In this document: piece after piece, positions 29,567 to 37,963 of the stretch
How the letters are laid out: the number at the start of each line of letters is the position of its first letter
Numbering within the stretch: the stretch's first letter is position 1
Assembly: GCA_040219255.1 (NCBI GenBank)
Contig: JAVJSW010000004.1
Span: forward strand, 64,001-128,000
Direction: 5' to 3'
DNA from: Sumerlaeia bacterium
Lineage (GTDB): Bacteria > Sumerlaeota > Sumerlaeia > SLMS01 > JAHLLQ01
Length of the DNA: 64,000 nucleotides
Made by a program: the position numbers and the translations under genes
Notes under the pieces: generated by a model
The model's input: only the letters and a program-made list of their open reading frames with translations
Told to the model about the DNA's origin: nothing
Databases searched by the model: none

Positions 29567-30094
29567 TCATCGGCGCACCGGGATTGGCGGGGCGCCTTCC
29601 GGTTCGGCGCGCTCGGCCTCACCGGGCACTTCGTCGCCGCGCAGGAAGTCCAGGCTGAGCCGGCCGGGGCCGAGAAGCGCCGGCACGAGCGCGGCGGAAA
29701 TCAGCACGAGGTTTCGGACAATGGAGTTCCAGCCGACCTTGCCCGATCCGAAGAGGGCGCCGAAGCAGCCGCAGTCCACGTCCTTGCCGCCGAGGAGGAC
29801 ATAGAGCAGGGCCACCAGGAAGATGGTGTAGATGGCGCCGCAGAGCCATGCGCTGGCGCGGGTCCAGAGGCCGTAGATCAGCATGAGGCCGACGATCAGC
29901 TCCGTCCAGGGCAGGGCGTAGGCCATGTAGGGGATGAGGGTTTCGGGGACGAGGCCGAAGGATTTCACGCTGAGCATGAACTTGTTCGGGTCTTGGATCT
30001 TGATGACGCCGGCGAGGAGGAAGGCTCCCCCGGCGATGAGGCGGGCGGTCATCAGGCCAGCATCCGCCATCCAGTGGTTCGGTCGCGGTTTCAT
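29567..30094 (-). CDS. MauE/DoxX family membrane protein
   Basis: ARLIAGGAFLLAGVIKI.DP..F, LPWTELIVG, DCGCFG, IVRNLVL. Confidence 0.9.
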   Translation of the reverse strand: MKPRPNHWMADAGLMTARLIAGGAFLLAGVIKIQDPNKFMLSVKSFGLVPETLIPYMAYALPWTELIVGLMLIYGLWTRASAWLCGAIYTIFLVALLYVLLGGKDVDCGCFGALFGSGKVGWNSIVRNLVLISAALVPALLGPGRLSLDFLRGDEVPGEAERAEPEGAPPIPVRR

Positions 30095-30095
30095 G

Positions 30096-30701
30096 TTAGA
30101 AGAGGGGTTCTCCCTGATTGACGGGTAGGCCGGCGGCTTCCCAGGCGGGGAAGCCCCGTTCGAAAATACGGACGTCCTGGAAGCCGAGTTCGAGCATGAG
30201 GGAGGCGACATCGTGAGAGGCTTCGCAATCGCCGCCCTCGCAATAGACGACAATGGTGCGGTCCTTGGGCAGGATGTCGAGGGCCGGCGGGCGGCCGCCG
30301 GCGAGGAGTTCGCCGGCGGGGATGAGGAAGGCGTTGGGGATGTGGCCTTCGACGTATTGATCCCGGCGGCGAGAGTCGACGACATCGACCAACCCCTCGG
30401 CCATGGCCTGGCTAAGTTCCTGGGCGGTCATGCCGAGCCCGTCGTCCGGCTGGGCTTCGGGGACTGGGTTGGAAGCGGCTGGCGGTTCGGCGGGTTCATC
30501 TTCTGGGGCGGAGCCGCCGTGGGGTTCGGAGGGGGCCGGAGCATCATCCGGAGTCGGGGCCGGAGCCCGGCGGGTCAGATCACTCAAGTCCTTCTTGTCT
30601 GTCTGCTTGGGCATATCCAGGCCCCGGAGCAGTCCGTCGATTCCTGCGATGGAGCCGGCGAGGACGAGGATGAGGAGGATGCGAAAGAGGATTAATGCCA
30701 T
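30096..30701 (-). CDS. Membrane-anchored rhodanese-like domain protein
   Basis: VVDSR..QYVEGHIPNA, VVYCEGGDCEAS, GFPAW; N-terminal TM. Typical partner of MauE/DoxX. Confidence 0.88.
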   Translation of the reverse strand: MALILFRILLILVLAGSIAGIDGLLRGLDMPKQTDKKDLSDLTRRAPAPTPDDAPAPSEPHGGSAPEDEPAEPPAASNPVPEAQPDDGLGMTAQELSQAMAEGLVDVVDSRRRDQYVEGHIPNAFLIPAGELLAGGRPPALDILPKDRTIVVYCEGGDCEASHDVASLMLELGFQDVRIFERGFPAWEAAGLPVNQGEPLF

Positions 30702-30919
30702 CCGAGCGGGTGCTCCCGTGTGGGTGGGTTGCGGCTGGGGGCCAGATGCGAAATCCTCGCCAGACCGCATGGCGGGGGCAATTCGCAAAAAAGACATGGG
30801 CGGGCGTAAAAGAATGCTTGCAACATGGGAAATTGTGGCCTAATCCGTTCCTAACGGTTTCACTCGTTCGAGCAAATGTTCGAACCACAAGGAGGACCCC
30901 CTTAGCGACCCACCGATTT

Positions 30920-30935
30920 TGCGAGATGTCTCGCA
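30920..30935. promoter_or_regulatory. Palindromic candidate operator TGCGAGA-TG-TCTCGCA
   Basis: Perfect 7-2-7 inverted repeat upstream of the HPF gene; near-copy at 31695-31710. Confidence 0.4.
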
Positions 30936-31008
30936 GTGGCCGGGCTCGGCACGCGCCGTTTGTGTCCCGGTGACTCTATCCTACCCCCCTTTCATGAGGT
31001 AACGGACT

Positions 31009-31419
31009 ATGCGCATTCCCCTCGAATTGACCTTCCGAGGCGTTGAAAAGACCCCGCGGCTCAAAGCCATGATCCACCGCAAGGTGGAAAAGTTGGCACA
31101 AGTCAACCCCCGCATCACGAGCTGTCACGTCGCCATCGAGCACCCCAACGAAGTCGCCACGGTTGGTAACGGCTACCGCATCCGCATCGAGGTTCGCATT
31201 CCGCCCAAGACGTCCATCGTGATCAAGGAGAGCGAGTGCCACGGCATCGCTCACGAGCGCCTGGAAGCCGCCATCCGCAAGACCTTCGACGCCGCCCGCG
31301 TCAAGATGGCGCGCGAATACCAGAAGCGCATCCGCCGCAGCCAGCACCCAGCCAAGGGCGACCGTTACAGCCATCTGACGCCGGAGGAGCCGGACGATAG
31401 CTATCGCGTGTCGATGTAG
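31009..31419 (+). CDS. HPF/RaiA family ribosome-associated (S30AE) protein
   Basis: MRIPLELTFRGVEKTPRL..IHRKVEKL..ITSCHVAIE..RIEVRIP..AAIRKTFDAA. Confidence 0.85.
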   Translation: MRIPLELTFRGVEKTPRLKAMIHRKVEKLAQVNPRITSCHVAIEHPNEVATVGNGYRIRIEVRIPPKTSIVIKESECHGIAHERLEAAIRKTFDAARVKMAREYQKRIRRSQHPAKGDRYSHLTPEEPDDSYRVSM

Positions 31420-31486
31420 GAGAGCGAGAGGCCCCGCCGTTCACCGGTGTGGCCTGCCGATCGGAAGTAGAAATCCAAGGACCTTT

Positions 31487-31531
31487 CGCCCCCGCCTTCG
31501 ACTCGTTCGAGGGCGGGGGCTTTGTCTTTTT
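31487..31531 (+). terminator. Intrinsic terminator
   Basis: GCCCCCGCCTTCGA...TCGAGGGCGGGGGC followed by TTTGTCTTTTT. Confidence 0.75.
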
Positions 31532-31748
31532 CGGGGGTGCAGAAGGTCCGGGGGGCGGAAGGGAGGTGCCGGGAATTGGTACGGATCTGGTCCCGTTTCA
31601 TCGGCGAGACCAGTCCGGCGGCTGACTTTTCAGGACTTGCTGACCGTTGTGGTGCTAGCCCGCAACGAAATCCCCCCGCAAGCCGTCACGTCCGCGCGAC
31701 AGGTCTCGCATTCCGACACCCTATTTCCCTCGAAGGAGACCCTTATCG

Positions 31749-31988
31749 ATGGCTAGCAAGGACGAACGGCTCGCGCTGAATGTGGCGGGAGCGTACTATG
31801 TGGATGAAAGTTGCGTGGATTGCGGCGCGTGCCCGGCGACGGCGCCGGGGAATTTCCGCCGGTGCGATGACACGGGAACCAGCTATGTGTACCGGCAGCC
31901 GGAGACGGAGTTGGAGCGGTCGCTCTGCCGCGAGGCGCTGGAAGGTTGCCCGACGGAGTCTATCGGAGACAATGGCGATGAGACATAA
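31749..31988 (+). CDS. Ferredoxin (single-cluster type), copy 1
   Basis: YVDESCVDCGAC..AP..F...CPTESIG. AAGGAG RBS. Confidence 0.9.
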   Translation: MASKDERLALNVAGAYYVDESCVDCGACPATAPGNFRRCDDTGTSYVYRQPETELERSLCREALEGCPTESIGDNGDET

Positions 31989-32207
31989 CTGTCGCCATGT
32001 CAGGAGTTCGGTCCAAAGGTGGGGATGGTACGAAGTTGGCTCTTAGGACCCGATCCGGGGCCAAGCGGAGGTTGACAGGCAACCCATGGCTTGTCTTACG
32101 ATGCCGACCCGTGACGAGACGGAAAGCGGACTCGCGATATCCGTACTCGTTGCCGATGCCTCGCGTTGGCCCCAGAGACCAACCGACCTGGAGGAAACAG
32201 CTCACCA

Positions 32208-32444
32208 ATGGCCGATAAAGACGCCCGCCTTGAAGAAAACGTTTCTGGCGCCTTCTATGTGGATGACCAGTGCATTGACTGCGACGCCTGCCGTGCGACG
32301 GCGCCGGACAATTTCCAGCGCAACGACGAAGCCGGATATTCGTACGTCTACAAGCAGCCCGCCGACGAGACGGAGTATCAACTCTGTATCGACGCGATGG
32401 AGGGCTGCCCCGTGGAAGCGATCGGCAACGACGGCGAGGACTGA
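32208..32444 (+). CDS. Ferredoxin (single-cluster type), copy 2
   Basis: YVDDQCIDCDAC..AP..F...CPVEAIG. GGAGG RBS, start ATG 32208. Confidence 0.92.
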   Translation: MADKDARLEENVSGAFYVDDQCIDCDACRATAPDNFQRNDEAGYSYVYKQPADETEYQLCIDAMEGCPVEAIGNDGED

Positions 32445-32488
32445 CCCCGCCGCCGGCTGACTTCCGCCATCCCCCCGACAGTTTCCAC

Positions 32489-32521
32489 ACAGCCTCCGTC
32501 TTGACGGCGGGGGCTGTTTTG
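32489..32521 (+). terminator. Intrinsic terminator
   Basis: ACAGCCTCCGTC-TTGAC-GGCGGGGGCTGT followed by TTTG. Confidence 0.7.
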
Positions 32522-32560
32522 TATTGGGTGCGAACCCACTTTTTCTGAGGACGAGCCGCC

Positions 32561-33922
32561 ATGCTTCCCTTGTTCGATTCCCATGCCCACCTGCAATCCG
32601 CCAAGTTTGGTGCCGACCGCCAGCGTATCCTGGCCCTGGCCGATGCGATCGGGGTTCAGCGGGTCCTGAACCTGGCGACGCGGCTGGAAGATGCCGGCGA
32701 TGTGTTGCGGATCGGCCGTGAAGTTCCCGCCGACTGGAGCCTGCGCTGCCTGACGGCGGTGGGGGTCCACCCGAGCGACGAAGCCACCTGGGATGACGCC
32801 ACCGAGGCGGGTCTGCGGGAACTGGCCCAGGATCCAGACGTGGTGGTCTGGGGCGAAATCGGCCTGGATTATTACTGGCCAGTGGAGGATCGGGAGCGGA
32901 TGCGGCGGGTTTTCCGGCGCCAACTGGCGATCGCCCGCGAACTGGGTCTGCCGGTGTCGATCCACAGCCGGGGCGAAGGCTGCTATGACGATGTGATCGC
33001 TGACCTGAAATCCGAGCGGGGGGCGGAAGTCGGCGGCGTGGCGCACTGCTATGTGGGAACGGCGGAGCAGGCGCGCGAGCTGCTGGATATGGGATTTTAC
33101 TTCGGCGTGGGCGGCATCGCGACCTATCCGAAGAACACGGGGGAACGCGAGGTTCTGAGAGTGATCGGGGCGGACCGGCTCATCGTTGAGACGGACGCGC
33201 CCTACCTCTCGCCCCAGCCCCGCCGCGGGCGGCGCAACGAGCCGTCCTACACGGCGTTCACGGCGCGGTCGCTGGCCGAGACGCTCGGTTTGACCGAAGA
33301 CGATCTGGCGGCACGGACCTGGAAGAACACGGTGGCGGCGTTCCGCCTGGGCGACGAGCATGCGATGCGCGGGTGCTGGGCCCGGGGCGAGGGGTTGCGA
33401 GTGGCGGTGTCTTGCCCCGCCGATCCGGGGTCGCCGGTGCCGGTGGAAGATCTGCTGGCCGCCATCGACCGGGCGGACGACGAGACAGGCGGGGCCTTGG
33501 GGGCGGCGGTTTTCGAAGCGGCGGGCCGGCCGCTCGCGCACCTGGAAACGACACGGGCGGCGGCGCGGCGGCTGAAGGAAAAAGGCCGGCCGGTGATCCT
33601 GGAAACGGATGGCCTGGCGGATGCGCGGGCGGGTGAAGCGGTGGAGCTTACGGCGCTGGGGGACTGCGTGGACGAGATCCGCGTTCCCTTCACCGGCCCG
33701 GACAAAGCGGTCTTCGACGCGGTGCATTATCCGGTGGACATGGATGGAGCCTTTGAGGCGGTGATCGCGTTTCTGGACCGGGTGCGCGAGTCGAGCTTGC
33801 CGCTGACGATCCGGGCGCTGGCGCTGGAGGGCGTCGACTTGGGCCCGGTGCGCCAGATGGCGGCGCGGATGAACGCGCGGCTGGAAGTGCGGGAGACTCA
33901 GGGGTCGGACGTGCCAGCCTGA
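32561..33922 (+). CDS. tatD: TatD family nuclease fused to a degenerate TatD-associated radical-SAM-like domain
   Basis: DSHAHL, GVHP, GEIGLDYY, IHSR, HCY, ETDAPYLSP..RGRRNEP; about 190-aa C-terminal extension. Confidence 0.88.
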   Translation: MLPLFDSHAHLQSAKFGADRQRILALADAIGVQRVLNLATRLEDAGDVLRIGREVPADWSLRCLTAVGVHPSDEATWDDATEAGLRELAQDPDVVVWGEIGLDYYWPVEDRERMRRVFRRQLAIARELGLPVSIHSRGEGCYDDVIADLKSERGAEVGGVAHCYVGTAEQARELLDMGFYFGVGGIATYPKNTGEREVLRVIGADRLIVETDAPYLSPQPRRGRRNEPSYTAFTARSLAETLGLTEDDLAARTWKNTVAAFRLGDEHAMRGCWARGEGLRVAVSCPADPGSPVPVEDLLAAIDRADDETGGALGAAVFEAAGRPLAHLETTRAAARRLKEKGRPVILETDGLADARAGEAVELTALGDCVDEIRVPFTGPDKAVFDAVHYPVDMDGAFEAVIAFLDRVRESSLPLTIRALALEGVDLGPVRQMAARMNARLEVRETQGSDVPA

Positions 33923-33934
33923 TTGTTCAACAAC

Positions 33935-35146
33935 TCAGTAATGTATGGTCTCGGCGCCCATGGCGGCGTTGGCTTCCTCGATGAGACGGCGGGCGCTCTT
34001 TCGCCAGTCGAACTTTTCGGCGCGCTTGAGTGCGGCTTGGCGGCGGGCTTCGACGTGGGGCCCGCCATCGAGGGTGGTGGCGATGGCTTCGGTCCATTCG
34101 TCGACGACGTTGGGATCGCAAAGGCGGGCGCAGGCGCCATCCTTGGTAAGCCATTCGAGGGTGGGAATGCGCGAGGCGACAAGGGGCGTGCCGCAGGCCA
34201 TGGCTTCGAGAGCGGGAAGGCCGAATCCTTCGAAGGTGGAGGGCTGGACGGCGACGTCGGCGGCGCGAATCCAGGCGGCGACATCGTAGCTGGTCTGAGG
34301 CTTGATGAATCGGACGCGGAGTCCGCCGGCGTGCTGGGCGAGGAGGTCTTCTTCCGATTGGGAGCCGCCTCCGACGAGGACCAATTGCGCGTCGCGCTCG
34401 ACGAGAGGATGGCGGCGCATGGCTTCGATGAGAAGACGGTGGTTCTTGCGGGGCTCGAGGCTGGCGACATAAACGATGACGGGGCGGTCGCGATCCGAGC
34501 CATCCGGCAGCCGTTCCTTTTCTTCAGGCTTGGCGGGATGAAAGAGGGCGGAGTCGGTGGCGTTGGGGACGACGCCGACGCGTTTGCGGTCGCGCATGAT
34601 GCGGGGCTGGCAGACGAGGGCGCGCACCCGCTTGGCGGAGGGAGGCGAGACGCTGACGACGCGCTCGGCGCTCTCGGCGCTCTGTGGAACCCAAGTGCGC
34701 AGGTACCATTCGAAGCGCTTAGGATAATTGCCCGGCACATCCCAGGCGATGGTGTCGTGGACGACGAGAACGCGCTTGAAGGGGCGCGGACCCCACGGGC
34801 AAATGAAGGCGGGCGAGACGAGAACGTCGCCCTTGAGGCGGCGCATGACGTCGTTGATGCCGAACTGGAGCCAGAGGTCGCCCTTGGGATGGTCTTCGTA
34901 GTCGGCGGTGATGTCTTCGACGCGGATGTTGCGCAGGCCATCGAAAACGCCCCGGGACCAGGGAGAGTGCTCGGCGACGGACTCGCTGAGGCGCAGAGCC
35001 GCGACGCGCCAGCCCATCTCCTCGGCGATGGCGTCGAGTCCTTGGAGAAGACCGGCGGTGAAATGGCCCACGCCAGCCGCGCGGGATCGAATCACCCGCG
35101 CGTCGACGACGAGTGTCTGGAGACTCTGACCGGGGGAACCAAACAC
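33935..35146 (-). CDS. Glycosyltransferase family 4 (GT-B)
   Basis: VVHD, ASLEPRKN, PSTFEGFGLPALEAMACGTP. Confidence 0.93.
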   Translation of the reverse strand: MFGSPGQSLQTLVVDARVIRSRAAGVGHFTAGLLQGLDAIAEEMGWRVAALRLSESVAEHSPWSRGVFDGLRNIRVEDITADYEDHPKGDLWLQFGINDVMRRLKGDVLVSPAFICPWGPRPFKRVLVVHDTIAWDVPGNYPKRFEWYLRTWVPQSAESAERVVSVSPPSAKRVRALVCQPRIMRDRKRVGVVPNATDSALFHPAKPEEKERLPDGSDRDRPVIVYVASLEPRKNHRLLIEAMRRHPLVERDAQLVLVGGGSQSEEDLLAQHAGGLRVRFIKPQTSYDVAAWIRAADVAVQPSTFEGFGLPALEAMACGTPLVASRIPTLEWLTKDGACARLCDPNVVDEWTEAIATTLDGGPHVEARRQAALKRAEKFDWRKSARRLIEEANAAMGAETIHY

Positions 35147-35193
35147 GAGGCAAAGAGGCTTTCTGGGTCGAAAAGGTGGGAGGGGGCGCCGGA

Positions 35194-35664
35194 TTACCTG
35201 GCGGCGGGGACGAACTGGCCGATAAAGAGGTCGACGATGGCGCCGGGGGATTCGGCGGACCGCACCCGCTGGCGGAAGGATTCGTCCTTCAAGGCGCGGA
35301 CCAGGGTGCTGAGGACCTTAAGGTAATCGCCAGACTGGGATGAATGGCAGCCGATCATGACGACGATGTGAACGGGGAGGTCGTCGATCGCCTGGAAATC
35401 GACCCCCTTTTCGCTGATGCCGACGGCGACGACGAAGTCCTGGACGGAGGCGATCTTAACGTGGGGAACGGCGACACCGATGCCTACCCCGGTGGAGAGG
35501 GTCCGTTCGCGCTCGATGATTTTCTCGATCAACTCCCCCGGATCGAGAACGTTGTCACTGGTACCGAGGACGGTGCCGAGTTCGCGAAGGACGGCTTCTT
35601 TCTCGGTTGCCTGAAGTTCGATGACCCGGGTGGGGTGGAACATTTCGTGGGGAACGATCGGCAT
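35194..35664 (-). CDS. PTS EIIA (fructose/mannitol/nitrogen-type) domain protein
   Basis: ERERTLSTGVGIGVAVPH (phospho-His), GVDFQAIDDLPVH. Start 35664 or 35643. Confidence 0.9.
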   Translation of the reverse strand: MPIVPHEMFHPTRVIELQATEKEAVLRELGTVLGTSDNVLDPGELIEKIIERERTLSTGVGIGVAVPHVKIASVQDFVVAVGISEKGVDFQAIDDLPVHIVVMIGCHSSQSGDYLKVLSTLVRALKDESFRQRVRSAESPGAIVDLFIGQFVPAAR

Positions 35665-35850
35665 GGGAGAGGGGAACCGGTGAGCGGAGTCTCGCCGAGG
35701 TCGGAACCCCGGGGGCAGAGACATTGCGCGAAGTGGATGGCTCGGGTCAAGCCCTGGCAAATCGGGGCGAAAAAACGCATGACGCCCACTTGAGGCGCGT
35801 TCTAGAAAGAGCAGACTGCGCCAAGGATTGGCAGGAACAGGGAAGAAGCC

Positions 35851-36705
35851 ATGAAACTCCTCTTCATATCCAGCTTTTCGTACAGCGGGTCGACGATGCT
35901 GGACATGCTGCTCAGCGCGCATCCAAGGGTGGTGGGGTTGGGCGAGACCTATCAACTGATCGACCCGGAAACCCGGCGGAAGTTTCTCAAGGGGGCGGAC
36001 GAGAATCTTTGTAACTGTGGAAAGACCATGAGGGAGTGCCCGGTGTGGAGTCCCTTCGTGGCGTTCCTGCGTCAAAATGCGGGAAAGGAGATTCCCTTCG
36101 CCGAGTCGTACAATCGACTGATTGCCAGTGTCCGGGATGTGTATGGCGACGATGTGGTGATCGGCGATTCGTCGAAGTACCAGGTCCCTTTGAGATTGTC
36201 TCTGGAAAACCGGACGCGATTGGATGTGGAAAAAGTCTCGGTGATCCACTTGATTAAGGACGCCCGCAGTTTCGCCCTGTCATGGAAACGAAGCCACAAC
36301 CTGGGGCCGATCAGCGATCTCAAGGCTTTCCTGCTCTGGTTTCGCTTCAACAAGCAAATCGAATCGATCCTGCGGGCCCACGAGGTGGAGCCGATCCGCG
36401 TGGGTTATGAGGAGTTGTGCTTCTCGACGAGAACGATCCTGGAAATGATCTGTTTGGAAGTCGGACTCGAATTCGACGCGGCGATGCTCGATCTTTCCCG
36501 CAGCAAATCCCATATCGCGCTGGGAAACAGAATGCGCGTGCACGAGAAGAAATCCAAAAAGCTTTATTACGACAATCGCTGGTTCCTCGATAACAGCATC
36601 GGCTGGAAATACGCCATGCTGCCCTTTATCAAGAAGTACAACGAGGAGAAGGTGTACGGGAACACCATCGCGGGGGTGCGCGAAGGGCGTTTCGAACCCA
36701 AGTAG
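35851..36705 (+). CDS. Sulfotransferase family protein
   Basis: PAPS-loop-like YSGSTMLDMLLSAHP..GE, CNCG..ECPVW, DSSK, HLIKDAR, YEEL, HIALGNRMR; lower GC than flanks. Confidence 0.8.
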   Translation: MKLLFISSFSYSGSTMLDMLLSAHPRVVGLGETYQLIDPETRRKFLKGADENLCNCGKTMRECPVWSPFVAFLRQNAGKEIPFAESYNRLIASVRDVYGDDVVIGDSSKYQVPLRLSLENRTRLDVEKVSVIHLIKDARSFALSWKRSHNLGPISDLKAFLLWFRFNKQIESILRAHEVEPIRVGYEELCFSTRTILEMICLEVGLEFDAAMLDLSRSKSHIALGNRMRVHEKKSKKLYYDNRWFLDNSIGWKYAMLPFIKKYNEEKVYGNTIAGVREGRFEPK

Positions 36706-36712
36706 CCCCTGC

Positions 36713-37003
36713 CTAGCTGAACAGCGCGGCGATCTTGGCGCGGGCGAACGCGGTGAGGGGGATGGTGGCGGCGGTGTGCAGGGCCTTGCTGGTCTTGGTG
36801 TCGCGGCCTCCGGCGGCGGCTCCGAGAAGGAAGCCGGCTCCGGCAACCACGCCAACGGTGGCTACCGGGTGTTTGCGGACGAAATCCGTGATGGGGGTGG
36901 CTTCTTCGCGGATTTTTTCGACGCTGTGGCGCATTTTTTCTTTCGCGCCGTCGCGCTCTTCTTCCAGATGGGTCAGGCGGCCTTTGTCGGGCATAACACT
37001 CAT
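36713..37003 (-). CDS. Small membrane-anchored protein (YqjD/YqjK-like)
   Basis: Helical N-terminus, then FVRKHPVATVGVVAGAGFLLG. Start overlaps the upstream gene's stop. Confidence 0.7.
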   Translation of the reverse strand: MSVMPDKGRLTHLEEERDGAKEKMRHSVEKIREEATPITDFVRKHPVATVGVVAGAGFLLGAAAGGRDTKTSKALHTAATIPLTAFARAKIAALFS

Positions 37004-37458
37004 AATTTCAACCTCTTGATAAGAAAAGTCAGAATGGCGGCAGCGAGCAGGTGAAGCCCCATCACGGCCATTGGCTGCAGAATTGGCAATTCGGGGAACA
37101 GGGCGGCGGTGCCTTGCCAGAGGGCCACGATGGCGAAACTCCAGGCGATGAGCAGACACATGGCGAGAACGATTCCTAGAGCGCCGCGCAAGGCGGCCAG
37201 CCGCGCGGTTTCCTGAGCGCGAAAGCGCAGCAGGGCTCCTTGCGCACGAAGGTAGTCAAGGGCGCTGCCGCCCAGAGTTCTGGCCTCGGCCTTGAGTGGG
37301 CTGAGTTGCCCTTGCAGGTCCCGGAAGTCGGCTTCCAGGCGATGAATGGCTTCTTCCAATTGGCGCGCGGCCAGTTCCTCCGCCGAGGGGGCGGAGCCAT
37401 TGGGTGGCTGTTGGGAGTGGGGCGGGGCCTGAAAGCGATGGTCTTCGGCGATGGTCAT
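37000..37458 (-). CDS. Two-TM membrane protein (YqjE/holin-like)
   Basis: Coiled coil plus two TM helices; middle gene of a three-gene yqjDEK-like arrangement. Confidence 0.65.
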   Translation of the reverse strand: MTIAEDHRFQAPPHSQQPPNGSAPSAEELAARQLEEAIHRLEADFRDLQGQLSPLKAEARTLGGSALDYLRAQGALLRFRAQETARLAALRGALGIVLAMCLLIAWSFAIVALWQGTAALFPELPILQPMAVMGLHLLAAAILTFLIKRLKL

Positions 37459-37475
37459 GGGTGGCGATGGCTTCC

Positions 37476-37787
37476 TTAGTGGCGGCCGCCGCGGACATAC
37501 ATGCCGAAGAGGGCGCCGACGCCGGCGGCGATCAAGAGGCTCTTGCCCGGTTCGCGGCGGATGTATTCGCCGACGGAGCGTTCGACGTCCTTAAGGCTGG
37601 TATCGCCGTAGCGTTCATGCAGGTCGCGGGCCCGTTCGCTGGCCTGAACGGCTTTCTCGCGGGCCTGGGCGGCGATTTCCTCGGCGCGGTCGCGGCGGTC
37701 GCTATGGCCATTCACTTGGCCTGTCGGCTCGGGCGTCATCGGGTCCAGATCTTGAGCGTTGGGGGTGTAGTTCTCATGGGTACTCAT
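37476..37787 (-). CDS. ElaB/YqjD/DUF883 family protein
   Basis: YIRREPGKSLLIAAGVGALFGMYVR C-terminal anchor. AAGGA RBS. Confidence 0.82.
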   Translation of the reverse strand: MSTHENYTPNAQDLDPMTPEPTGQVNGHSDRRDRAEEIAAQAREKAVQASERARDLHERYGDTSLKDVERSVGEYIRREPGKSLLIAAGVGALFGMYVRGGRH

Positions 37788-37963
37788 ATGTTTACTTTCC
37801 TTTCGGCGGACGATTGGGTACCGCCCTCCCGGGGTATGGTTCCGGGCGCGGAAGAAGAGATTGTTGTCATCCCTCTGCTAACCAAGAAGCTTGCCAGCTG
37901 GGCCTCGGCAGTCCGCTTTTTCGTTGTCGTCCCCGGCCAGATGCGGGTTTGATCCGCGGCCTG

